From assembly GCF_001194135.2 (NCBI RefSeq), contig NC_068996.1, forward strand, positions 52,428,865 to 52,492,864: a DNA stretch of 64,000 nt, in the 5' to 3' direction. This document shows positions 38,793 to 51,000 of the stretch, piece by piece. The DNA is from Octopus bimaculoides. Lineage: Eukaryota. Below the pieces are notes generated by a model. It was not told the origin of the DNA. It made no database searches and saw only the letters and a list, made by a program, of their open reading frames with translations. How positions within the stretch are numbered: position 1 is the first letter of the stretch; every line of letters begins with the position of its first letter. Position numbers and translations under genes: made by a program.

Positions 38793-39044
38793 TATATATC
38801 TATGTCTGTCTGTCTGGGGCAAACAAAAGCGAAATCATGATGGCACCTGTGCCCAGTGTCGCCTTCCTGGCACTTGTGCTGGTGGCACGTGTAAAGACAT
38901 TCAAGCAAGATCATTGCCAGTGCCGCTGGACTGGCTCCTGTGCAGGTGGCATGTAAAAGCACCCACTACACTCTTGGAGTGGTTGACGTTAGGAAGGGTA
39001 TCCAGCTGTAGAAACTCTGCCAAATCAGATTGGAGCCTGGTGTA

Positions 39045-39846
39045 NNNNNNNNNNNNNNNNNNNNNNNNNNNNNNNNNNNNNNNNNNNNNNNNNNNNNNNN
39101 NNNNNNNNNNNNNNNNNNNNNNNNNNNNNNNNNNNNNNNNNNNNNNNNNNNNNNNNNNNNNNNNNNNNNNNNNNNNNNNNNNNNNNNNNNNNNNNNNNNN
39201 NNNNNNNNNNNNNNNNNNNNNNNNNNNNNNNNNNNNNNNNNNNNNNNNNNNNNNNNNNNNNNNNNNNNNNNNNNNNNNNNNNNNNNNNNNNNNNNNNNNN
39301 NNNNNNNNNNNNNNNNNNNNNNNNNNNNNNNNNNNNNNNNNNNNNNNNNNNNNNNNNNNNNNNNNNNNNNNNNNNNNNNNNNNNNNNNNNNNNNNNNNNN
39401 NNNNNNNNNNNNNNNNNNNNNNNNNNNNNNNNNNNNNNNNNNNNNNNNNNNNNNNNNNNNNNNNNNNNNNNNNNNNNNNNNNNNNNNNNNNNNNNNNNNN
39501 NNNNNNNNNNNNNNNNNNNNNNNNNNNNNNNNNNNNNNNNNNNNNNNNNNNNNNNNNNNNNNNNNNNNNNNNNNNNNNNNNNNNNNNNNNNNNNNNNNNN
39601 NNNNNNNNNNNNNNNNNNNNNNNNNNNNNNNNNNNNNNNNNNNNNNNNNNNNNNNNNNNNNNNNNNNNNNNNNNNNNNNNNNNNNNNNNNNNNNNNNNNN
39701 NNNNNNNNNNNNNNNNNNNNNNNNNNNNNNNNNNNNNNNNNNNNNNNNNNNNNNNNNNNNNNNNNNNNNNNNNNNNNNNNNNNNNNNNNNNNNNNNNNNN
39801 NNNNNNNNNNNNNNNNNNNNNNNNNNNNNNNNNNNNNNNNNNNNNN
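39045..39846. other. Assembly gap (largest of seven: 3637-3839, 14739-15167, 19347-19356, 21977-22021, 28385-28543, 39045-39846, 54654-54807)
   Basis: Runs of N. Confidence 0.99.
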
Positions 39847-40005
39847 CATTTCATTTCACATTGCTCCAGCCCCCCGCCCCTTTTGATCAGGAGAGGAATA
39901 TTGACTTGCTCACTTAGCCAGTGGGGTGGCGCCATTTCAAGACTAATATGATGCAAAGTGCATAGTGACCAGTGATGTGTAACAACATTTGATAGTATGG
40001 TCAGT

Positions 40006-40058
<53 letters not shown>

Positions 40059-40183
40059 CATACATATACACAGTAATACCTCACTTTACAAGGACCTGCT
40101 TTATGAGCTTTATTTTCTGTTTACAAGTTTTCACTCTACAAGTGTTCTCCGGGAACAAATAAGCTCACACATTGAGGCATTAC

Positions 40184-40225
<42 letters not shown>

Positions 40226-40254
40226 AAAAGCTATTGAATGTGGAGAACGAATGA

Positions 40255-41830
40255 GAGAAAGGGAATCTCCCCCATGGAACCCTAGTTGACAGATAAGGCA
40301 ATCAAAGATACGAAAACAGGGAAGGCTCCTAGTCCATAAAGAGTTACTGCTGAGATGTTTAAAATATCTGGTAGAGTAGGATATGGTCTAGTCACTTGTA
40401 TAGTTAATCACGTTATTAAGAAAGGTGTAATCTTTAGAGACTGGTGCAGCAGCATCGTGGTCAGCTGCTACAGGGATAAGGGAGATGTCTTAAATAGAAG
40501 TAATTATAGAGGCATTAATTTGCTGGATCAAGTGATGAGAGTAATGGAAAGAGTCATAGGCCAATTAATTAGGAACAGAATTAGGCTAAATGAAATGCAG
40601 TTTGGCTTTGTTTTGGGGAGAAGCACTGCTGATGCTATTTTCATAGTCAGACAACTGCAAGAGAAGTATTTAGCTATGATCTGGATTTAGCTATGATTTG
40701 TTGATCTGGAGAAAGCTACCAACAGAGTGTCTCTGAAGAAGTTTGACAAATGGCTTGTGGAAGCAATACATGCCATGTACAGGTGTGTGGTTAGTAAAGT
40801 AAGAGTTAGCCAGGATTATAGTGATGAATTTAGTGTATTGGTAGGTGTTCACCAAGGCTTGGTCCTCAACCACCTCCTATCCATCATTGACAGAGAAACT
40901 GAAGACCGGCTGTCCATGAGAGCTACTATATGCTGATGATCTTGCTCTCAAAACAGAATCTGTAACAGAACTAGAAAAGAAATTCCTTGTGTGGAAGCAA
41001 AATCTGGAATTGAAGGGCCTCAAAGTTAATTTAGCAAAGATCAAGGTCCTAGTAAGTAAGAAAATGGACAAGATCCTAACACCTTCAGCTCAATGGCTCT
41101 GTTCAATATATAAGAAAAGTATAGGCAGAAATTCCATTTGGTGTACCAAGAGTAAATTATGGACACACAAGAGGTGCACTGGAATAATAAGAAGGTTAAC
41201 AGAGAAAGTAGTGTTTGTATGTGGCAGATGCACAGGAGCCATAAAGTTTGCAGATAGATGGGAAATATCCTGTAAGCTCTCCTTTACCTTTAGATAATGG
41301 ATAATTTCTGCTACTTAGGTGACCTAATTAACAGAGGAGCAGGATGTACCAAAAGTGTTATTGCTAGATTAAGAATAAGATGGAGACAGTTCAAAGGGCT
41401 TTTACCTCTGTTGACAACTAAAGGTCTTTTTCTCCAAGTGAAAGAAAGATTGTATGATGCATGTGTATGAACTGCAATGCTACATGGTAGTAAGACATTG
41501 GCTCTGAATGCAGAGGACATGTGAAGACTAGAGAGGAATGAAGCAATGTTAGTACACATGTGTAATGGAGTGCTAGTGTATTTATTGAGAGAAAAATTAA
41601 GCATAAAAAAGTATTTGATGCAGGTTTGGTCATATGATGCATCTGGATGAGAATAGTTGCATAAAGAAATGTTGGTCACTTAAAGTGAATGGAACATGTG
41701 GAAGAGGGACATCCAGGAAGACATGGAACAAAGTATTGAAGGCTGATCTCAGAATGCTGAGCTCTGCGAAGAAGATGACAAAAGAGTGAGATATCTGATA
41801 CCTTGCTGTACTCAAGAAGACCCACCCACC
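40255..41830 (+). mobile_element. Degraded RTE-clade LINE RT domain (same family as 4273-5790)
   Basis: ORF 40355-40690 (KGDVLNRSNYRGINLL, MQFGFVLGRSTADAIFIVRQLQEKYLA), then DLEKA, VGVHQG, YADDL, KGLKVNLAK and a Cys motif across frameshifts. Confidence 0.9.
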
Positions 41831-42724
41831 ACAACAGAATTGATATCCTAAAACCACTTTGGTAATGTTTGACCATGAGGGGCTCTGCCTCATCAACCTT
41901 TTCTCATCACATTTCATACCCTAATACCCATCACTTCTCTATCACCTGAGAGAAGAATAGGAACATACTACATCTTCCTGCATCCTTAGTTACTTCCTTC
42001 CCCACCCTGAACCACTTTCATTTCTCATTATCTCCCCTGTCCACTGTCTCCACCAGTCATCTCCATTCTGCATCTTCTCCCCAATGTGAGGCTCTCCGTC
42101 ATTAACACCTTGCTTATCTGCTATCAACCTCAATGCCCTTCACATATTTACTGCAACTTCTTCTCTCAAGCTTCTCCAGGTTTTTCTCCATCCTTTGCTA
42201 CAGTCATCTCATCCAGTTCAAACCTCTGTATTACTTACTTCAAATATTCTCACCACCCTCAAAGTCTCTTGATGGAATGTTCTGACACATCTTTGTCCTA
42301 TTTCTTTCACTATCATTCTTCTTATCTTATCTCACTTTCCTCTCCTTTCTAACTGGGGTATCCATGTATCTACAGCAAGACACATATCTTTGTACCTCTA
42401 TATCTTTAATCTCTCATCTAGTATAAAGCCATCCCCCAATACTTCTCCCCACTCCCAGTTGAGGTGGTGTGGTCTTTGCTTTCTTTTTTTGTATCCTGCA
42501 AGTTAACCCTGTCAGAGTTGAAAAACCACTGGTGCTGGTTCCACGTAAAAAGCACTCAGTACACTTTGTCAAGTGGTTGGCGTTAGAAAGAGCATCCAGT
42601 TGTAGAAACCATCCCAAAACAGATAATGGAGCCTGATATGGTTCCTGACCCTGCCAACTCCTGTTAGACTATTCACCCAATCCATGCCAGCATGGAAAAC
42701 GGACATTAAAAGATTTTGATGATG

Positions 42725-42970
42725 CGTGCCATTTCGAACGTGGCCATTGCCAGTACCTCCCGACTGGCCTTCGTGCTGGTGGTACATAAAAGCACCCACT
42801 ACACTCTCGGAGTGGTTGGCGTTAGGAAGGGCATCCAGCTGTAGAAACTCTGCCAAATCAGATTGGAGCCTGGTGTAGCCATCTGGTTCACCTGTCCTCA
42901 GTCAAATCGTCCAACCCATGCTAGCATGGAAAGCGGACGTTAAACGATGATGATGATGATGATGATGATG
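42725..42970 (+). mobile_element. Short repeat family D (gcacccactacactc..aggaagggcatccagctgtagaaac..catgctagcatggaaagcggacgttaaac(GAT)n)
   Basis: Most abundant repeat here. Other copies: 1995-2300(-), 3900-4270(-), 8000-8560(-), 15975-16170(-), 16345-16650(+), 25820-26010(+), 28640-28860(-), 31585-31752(+), 38830-39044(+), 42520-42720(+), 48580-48715(-), 49200-49390(+), 52905-53050(-), 53145-53660(-), 54310-54653(-). Confidence 0.85.
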
Positions 42971-43442
42971 ATAACGATTTCAAAATAATGTTTAGAGGAA
43001 CACGTGACAAACATAATGTATGCAAGGAAAGTCTTGAGAAAATAGAGTGTTTATGCAAGGAAAGTCTTGAGAAAATAGAGTGTTTAACTACCCGAATGTT
43101 TAACTACCCATTCGGGTAGTTAAACAAAAGTTTTAACTTACTAGAGAAAACATTTTGGGATTATGAACTTCAAGGAGATGGCTTCTAGAAGAATAAATAT
43201 ACGAAAATAGAAATGGAAGGGGCTTGTAATTTTTATTCAAGCTAAGCAAGGAATTCCTTAGGGCTCCTTAGAATTCAAGAAACGTGTGCATTTGAATATA
43301 AGATAAAAAGAAATAGAAGTAATGACATGTTAATAGTAGTGACACCCTGTTAAGAATAATTGCTTCTAGCTTTGGCACAAGGTCACAAATTTTGTAAGGA
43401 TGAAAAACGGAGTTGACCTCAGTGAGATTTGGATTCAGAATA

Positions 43443-43599
43443 CACTAGCGTAGCGAGAGTGTGTGCCGCCCGGGGCGACCCTTCCATTCGCTGCGTCCGG
43501 ACCCCACAAAAAGACACATACTGGCTACAGCATATCCAAAAGTTGTGTCCCTTTAAAGTGCCACCCGGGGCAGACCGTCCCGCACTAGCTACACTAGTG
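43443..43599. mobile_element. GC-rich 157-bp MITE
   Basis: TIRs cactagcgtagc / gctacactagtg (11/12 match); subterminal gccgcccgggg / gccacccgggg motifs. Confidence 0.65.
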
Positions 43600-44999
43600 T
43601 CTGAATGTAAAGAATCAGAAGACATAGCACAGGGCATCTTGTAAGTCCTGTGAATAATAATCGTTTCTAATATAAGCACAAGGCCAGCAAATCTGAGAGG
43701 AAATAGTTGATGCTATCGAGTCTGGTACTTTATTTTATCGACTCCACCCTAGTGAAAGCAAAGTCGCCTTGACGGTATTTGAACGCAGAAAGTAAAGGAG
43801 CCGGGTGAGATAAAGAAGGCATCTTTATACGACACTCTAAACAATTCTGCCAACTCACCGCTCAGAGAACAAAACCAAATGTGGAAGAATTCGCTACAAG
43901 ACTAAGGCAAGCCTACAACAAGATGCGGTCTGTGAGTAAGTGATGGTTGTTACGCTGTCTGCTACTGAGTCATTGACCCACCTTCAATCCGGTGTTGGAT
44001 TTCACCAAAGTTTATCCTCACCGAGTCCACTTTTTCTTTTTCTTTTTTCCTGATGAATAACAGATGTAAATCCTTCATGCTCGAGGTTTAGAATCCTTTT
44101 AGACATGTCAAGTTTGGAACGATAGAAATAAATGAAAATTGTAATCTATTCAACATGACAGAGATAGATAGAAACAAAATAAATAAATAAATAAAGGTTA
44201 ACTTTCATCCTGAGAATATTTATTTTGAACTAAGTTTACAAGCGAGCACACATGTCTACACACCCTTATTACACGTTCATAATACGCTCTCACCTTGTTT
44301 ACACCTCCTCCCCATCTTATTTACACATCACTAACCGGGCTAGAACTACCCAAATTATTAGCTACATGATCTCTATACAAGCAACATCCCTAACGTAACA
44401 TCCAAGAAACTTCTATTTCATGAAATAAAACGTGTTTTACTAACTACGATCTTACTATGTTCTCTCGCATCGCAACGTTCATGTTAACAGCTGGAATTTA
44501 AATGCAGCACATTCAAAGTATAAAATTTGAAGTGGGGACTTGGATTATAATTGACAGAGGAACGGATTGGGGTAATATTTAACATACTGGCACCTGCTTT
44601 TAAAGAACTGGTACGGAGAAAAATACAGTAAAATAATTTAACCTGAGAGCTATGTTTACGTTATAATGACTTTATGACTTATATAATAGGAATTAACCGG
44701 TTTCACCTAATTGGTTAATCTATCTTGTTTACAAGCAAACAATTATTTGTTGCTAAGAAATTGTTTTCACGTTAAACAATTAAAAATATTAACTTTCTTA
44801 TTTGTAAATAAGAAACCCAACGAAATCTTATAACGGAGTTCGGAAAGTGACCTTCGGGAGGTCAAGTTGTAATCTCGATTCCAACATTAAAAAATAGATT
44901 TGCTTGTGGTATATTTCTCACAAACCGCTACCACTCTAATGAATTAGTACTTCTTCCTTTATAATTGAGTTGTATTGTTACAGTTTGTAAATCAAAATC

Positions 45000-45060
45000 A
45001 TTGGCTGGATTTTATAAAAGTTCCAAATTAGTTCGAGAGTAAGCAACGACTTCATTTAGT
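45000..45060 (+). promoter_or_regulatory. Possible CLUH core promoter (reverse CCAAT 45000-45004, TATAAAA 45013-45019, Inr-like TCATTT 45052-45057)
   Basis: Motifs 60-120 nt upstream of the putative ATG, plus CACGTG at ~45081. The TATA-Inr spacing (~41 nt) is longer than canonical, and such motifs are common by chance in AT-rich DNA. Confidence 0.3.
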
Positions 45061-45120
45061 TTCCTGCTACGTCCGCCTCACACGTGCTCCTTTGAACAAG
45101 ATTGCAGACAGTTCAGAATT

Positions 45121-45202
45121 ATGGCTGGGATCTCTGCTGTGGATGATAACAACCACGTTGAAAAAGAATCACAAACTTCAACAAAAACTGAAAGTGAACA
45201 AG
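45121..45202 (+). CDS. CLUH: Putative first coding exon of CLUH (MAGISAVDDNNHVEKESQTSTKTESEQ)
   Basis: ATG in good context (gaattATGG), open 27 codons +1 nt to AAG|gtgtgt. Phase 1 fits the exon at 54005, the composition is acidic/polar like exon 2, and it lies in a repeat-free island. No homology support, since the N-terminus is poorly conserved. Confidence 0.65.
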
Positions 45203-47862
45203 GTGTGTTATTATTATAATACTTATTATTATTATTATTGCTTTTCTAAAATTTATATATACATTGGTTGCTTTTAATGTTTTAATGCTCACCATTTAAC
45301 TTATATAATTTGTATGTGAAAATAAATTCAGTTGTATGTGGAATTAAATATAATTTTATTTTCTAAAATATTTGCTATCAATCATTTTACTCACCGTATC
45401 AGCTGATACTGAATTTGTTTGTTATTAACCCACTCCGGCTTTATAATCTTGCAAGTACGCGAAATGTTAGACACTTATTTCCAATTACACGTATTAAATT
45501 TTGAATCTGCTTGCTTGTTTATTTGAGAAAATATCTTTATTAGAAATTGATAATTCATGCATTTTAGTTATCAGAGCTTTTTTTTCAATGCTTATATTAT
45601 GTAATGGTACTTCTACAACGGAGATGTCGTTTTTGGTGTGTCAAGGTTAAAAGGCAAGGTTAAAGTTATTGCTTGCTTATCAATTAATTGGGAACTTTTT
45701 TTTCTTTTAATTCGTCGCAGCTAAACTGCACTAAGTAATAACACCTTCTGTAAGCAATAAAGTGGCTTTAACGTTTTAAATAAATACCTATTTAGTGTTC
45801 TTAGTTTACTCAACGGAAGGTAAGTTCAGAGACTAACTTTGAAAAAGATTTTGTTGTGTACTTTAAAATTCATTTATATTACTCTCTTACAATGAAATAC
45901 CTTTTAAGCAATATTTATTTACACTTGTGACAACTTTTGATAATTTTTTTAAGTTAGCGTACATTAACAATTTGAGTTAGGTTAATTACAACCATGTTTA
46001 TGGGTATTAAGTACTGTATGCAGTTTATTATCGTTATAATACTACCCCAACATTTCAGTTGTTCATTAAAGTTTAATTTAGATATAACTTTTGGATTCAG
46101 TACGCGTGAACTAGCTGCATAATAACAAAAACACCTTTATTTACAAAAAAAAAAAAAAGACTGGCAAATTGTTTGCCTAGATAAATAAAATTACATAAGC
46201 TTACTTTTAGATACATATTTCTGGATGAAAGGCTACTTTCATAAATATCTTAGCGTACATCTTTAATAACCTTGCATCTATAAATTGTGGATAACATTTA
46301 TTGGTAAATGCTTTATAGTTCAAACCATTGCTTGTGTACTTTGATTGCTATATTAAAAAAAGATTTTGCTGTTGCCTACTTTCTTCCATTGCCCTTTCCA
46401 TCGCTTTCAAAATGAACAGTCTCAAGTCACGTCGTTACGCATTTTCCTCTGCATAGGGTTAATCCATTACGTCTGCATCTCACAGCATGTATTGACGAAA
46501 GAATCTCTTTATTTTACACTCCCACTGTGATGCTTCAACGGCTTCTATGTAAATCTAAATTGGTAATATTCTGCATGTAACTACTATATTCACCTTCAGT
46601 TACTTCCCAACTCCTTAGTCCTTAATACCTAGGTTATTAATTAACATACCTGCTAATAGAGTATCCTTTATCATTTATACATTGTTCTAGTTTACTATTT
46701 AATACGTGTCCCTCCTGCGTCGAGAAGAGGTCACAGCTAGTCTGGACACGAGACATGGACCTTTATTTGGACACATTAGTTTTACTTATCACACTCTAAC
46801 CGGCTCAATATCCATTATCGCTCATCTGTCTGAGCAGTAGGTAGGTAAACATTAGATAGCTGATTAATCACACTTGCCAAAATCTAAATTATCTTTTAGC
46901 GAACTAGTAATTAAGTAACTATTTGATGTCATTCGTTGTGTACCTTGTAATAATTTAAAGGTGACTGAAGTACTAAGATTATCTTACCTTAATTTATGTA
47001 GTGGATATTAATTTTAAATGTTAAAAGTAATTAAAGCGAACTTCAAACGTAAAATAACTATATTCCTCAACTCACTTAAGAGTGTGTGTGTGATACATAC
47101 ATATTTAAACCGGGTATGCGTGTGCATGCAACCTTCATAATCCACTCTGATATACTCGTTGTAACTAAGTATCTGCTACACCCAAACACTGAATTTTCTA
47201 TAGTAATTTCTACAACTTCAATTTATTCTCCTGTTACACTCACGTTAGCTGCCAGTTTTACGTAATTCAAGGTTAAGGGGCTGGGTTACCAACTTTTATA
47301 TGCAGCCATTCTGTTCTATATATTTACATGAATAATAATTCCTGTCCAATCTGCATGGTTGATAAAAGCTATCACTACCTCTCATCAATTTTCTTACCTC
47401 TTGGAACAACAGGTTACCCAGTTTAACACCACCACCACCACCATTGTTTGAATGCCTTCAGACCAAGTTTATGGCTTGAGCATAACTTCTCCTCTTCATT
47501 GCATCAGTCTTGGAGGCTCTGAGGAAAATAAAGGGTCACAGGCACTGCCCTTCCCAAATCGCCATATATTTTAGATATCACTGTCTTACATAAATTTTTT
47601 TTATCAACAAAAACTCGTGAACAACGCATTTGCAGTATTTGATAATGACCTTCTTTCTAGGCACAAATATGGTATTTTAAAACTATGAGCTCATCATACG
47701 TTTTACCAAAATTATGTTGGATAACTTTACAAAAGATAATTAATTATACTCTGGTAACTTTTATCAGTGTGTTTCGACATTCTTAGATTTTTTTTTCCAT
47801 TTCTTTCAATGTCTTCTTTTACCACATGAATTAGGTACACTGAATTCCTTATTGAATATTCC

Positions 47863-48080
47863 TTAACCCTTTTGCTTTAAGATTACTCTGTCAAATGTGA
47901 TCCTTATTTATTCACATTGTTTTGAATTATTCAGTCATCTCGTAGCTTTGAGATTTCTATGAGGTGATTATCTATTTTTAGGATGAGCTTGTAGGTTGGG
48001 TATGATAGGTCAGATCTGATCAGTTTGAGCATAACCCTGGTAGAATTTTTGGGCTGGATATGAACGATTTAAAGGGTTAA
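47863..48080. mobile_element. TTAA-flanked piggyBac-like MITE family E (~220 bp)
   Basis: ttaa|ccctt...aaggg|ttaa ends. Other copies: 30346-30937, 31527-31923, 49408-49632(-), 50574-51232 (three tandem), 52443-52665, 61657-61884, 62745-62970. Confidence 0.8.
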
Positions 48081-51000
48081 AACAAAGATCATTTAGATCT
48101 GGGCAAAAAGCTTGTGATAAAGCATTACCTTCTTCCTTATGCTCACCAGACTCTGAAATGTGGAACACTTTATGGTTGACAAACTAATATTTTTTGTTCT
48201 TGTCATCTTTCTAGAAATGAAGTATATGTCATTCTGTCGTAGCACCATCACTTATGTGACTTATTCAAACTATCACTTACTAATTTGTTTTTATTCCTAA
48301 CTTGAAGCCTCTCTAGTCTGTTGGGGATAAGTTTCTTGCATAACCTTCAAATACTTTTCTCCAACAGCTTCCATTGTCTACATATCTCACAGCTTTACTT
48401 ACCATTTTGATGCACAACTAACAACTCGCCAATCAGCTGCATATATTTAGTCCTCGTTACTAATATTTGATGATAGCAAATGCATCCAATCATAAAATTC
48501 CAGCCAAACGAAGCAAGCACATATGGCTGGTTTAAATGCTAATGGGTTAACTTTTAAAATACACTCCTTATCACCATTTAACAGCCGTTTTCCATGCTGA
48601 CATTGGTTGGACAGTTTGAGAGGAGCTGACCAGCTGAAGAACTGTACCAGGCTCTGTTGTCTGCTTTGGCATGGTTTCTACAGTTTGATGCCCTTCCTAA
48701 TGCCAGCCCCTTTACCGAAGGAAGCAGCTATATAGGTTTTCCTGCAGTTTCAGCATTTATATTGACAGACATCAGTTGAAATATTCCAATCCTGTTTTTC
48801 CTAAAGCTGTCACTTAAGTCACAATCAGAGGTCTGTTTCTTGTGTTGATAAGATTCAGACTCACAGTAATAAGGTTTTTATCAGCCAAATGTTACTGGTT
48901 AAATTCTCACTTAGGGACATTCTTGTTCAATTGTCTTCTTTCAGCATGTCCCAATAGTGCTTTACCAAATTGGTGCTGAAACTTTTTTTTTTTTCAACCA
49001 ATTTTCACTCTCATCTTATCTACCAAAATCTCACAAAATCGCTAACTTACAAGCAGGAACCTGTTACATGTTCTTGAATGACATATTTACAAAATAATGC
49101 TTATCTACAAGAACTAAATCTTTGAGTTCATTGATACAACATTCTTAGCAATACCACTCCCTCTCTCAGCCAAGGGGTCTTTGTCTTGCAAGTTACTTGG
49201 TGACCTTGCTTGTGTTAGGGCCACATACAAAGCACCCAATACACTCTGTAAAGTGGTTGGCATTCAGAAGGGCATCCAGCTGTAGAAACCATGCCAATAC
49301 AGATGACCAGAACCTGGTGTAGCTTACCAGCTCTTGTCAAACTTTCCAACCCTTACCAGCCTGGAAAAACAGATGATAAATGATGTTGATGAGTATATTT
49401 TAAGAGCTAACCATTTAGCATTTAAACTAACTGTATTTGGCCCAAATATTCCACCTGTTTTGTTTAAACTAGCCAGATTCTGCCTCTCACACCTCACCTT
49501 CAATGTCATTCTAAAAATAAACAATCGCATCATTGAAATCTTAAAGCTACAAAATAATGGATGATTAATTCAAATCAATGTGGATAAATAAACATTACAC
49601 TTGACAGAATAATGTGAATGCGAAAGGGTTAAATGGATTTTTATTTCAGGTAGAAAATACGTAAATAAGAGTTGTGAAACACATCAGTTAATCAACATGT
49701 GAAAATTAATCATCAAACATGGTATGGCTGTGTGACAAGATGTTTACTTCCCAATCACATGATTCTGCATTTAGTCTTAGTGGACTCTGGCCTTGGGAAA
49801 GTATCTTTGGCTATGGCTGTGGACTGACCAAAATTCTGTGAGTGGATTTTGTAGATGGAAACTGAAAGAAGCCTGTCATATAAATAAATATATATATATG
49901 TCGATGTGTGTGTGTCTTTGTGTTTGTCCCCCACCACCACTTGACAACTAGTGTTGGTGTGTTTACATCTTCATGACTGAACATTTTGGCAAAAGAGACT
50001 GATAGAATAAGTACTAGGCTTAAAAAATAAATTCTGGGGTTGATTCATTCAACTAAAATACTTCAAAAAGGTGCCCCAGAATGGCCACAGTTAAATGACT
50101 GAATGAAGAAGACAATTGCTGGGGAATTTTTCTTGTTCTGACATAAGTCTTCAATAACTGATAATTCTCTACAAAGCTCAAATACACCTTGTCTTTTGAA
50201 AACTTCTCACATACATGGATATAATCTTTGTCTTCCTCCCAATATTGTATGGATAACTCCAGCTGAAAGCAATAAAAAATACCTAGATATTAATCTCCAA
50301 ATAAATACAGACCATTAATCCCAATTTCAAGCTCTTTGTTCCAAAATTGCACCTGGAACATTTACTCTTTTGAAGTTTTCTTCCCAGATGTTTTGGCTCA
50401 GATAGATCTTATCTTTAGAATACTTTTCACACACACGAGTACAATCTTTGTCTTCCTCTTAGTATTGTAAGAAAACACAAACCTTAATTCACCAACTTAT
50501 TTCCACCTAAACTGTGGAAGTCTCTTCATCTCTGAACTTTCTGATTTTGTGTTCCTCCATAATTTAAAATGATTTAACCCTTTAGTATTCAAATTACTCT
50601 GTCAGACATGCAGCTCTCTGGCTTGCCAGCATGGAAAACGGACATTAAATGATGATGATGATGAAATGTCATCCTTATTTATTCACGTTGTTTTGAATAG
50701 ATCATGCATTATCTCATAGCTTAAATATTCCGATGCTTATTTTTAGAATGGCATTGTAGGGTAAGTATGATAGGTTGAATCTGGCCAGTTTCAACATAAA
50801 ACAGGTAAAGTATTTAGGCCAATTTAACCTTTTAGCATTCAGGTTATTCTATCAAATATAATGCTTTCTAATTCACATTGTCTTCAATTAATCATACATT
50901 ATCACATAGCTTCAAGAGTTGGATGATGTGATTGTTTATCCTTTGAATGACATTGTAGGGTAGGTGTAAGATGCCAGATCTGGCCGTTTTGAACATAAAA

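Noticed and set aside
43419-43679. Overlapping ORFs on both strands (71 and 86 aa)
   Set aside because: Explained by the GC-rich MITE, which has few stop codons; no protein motif.
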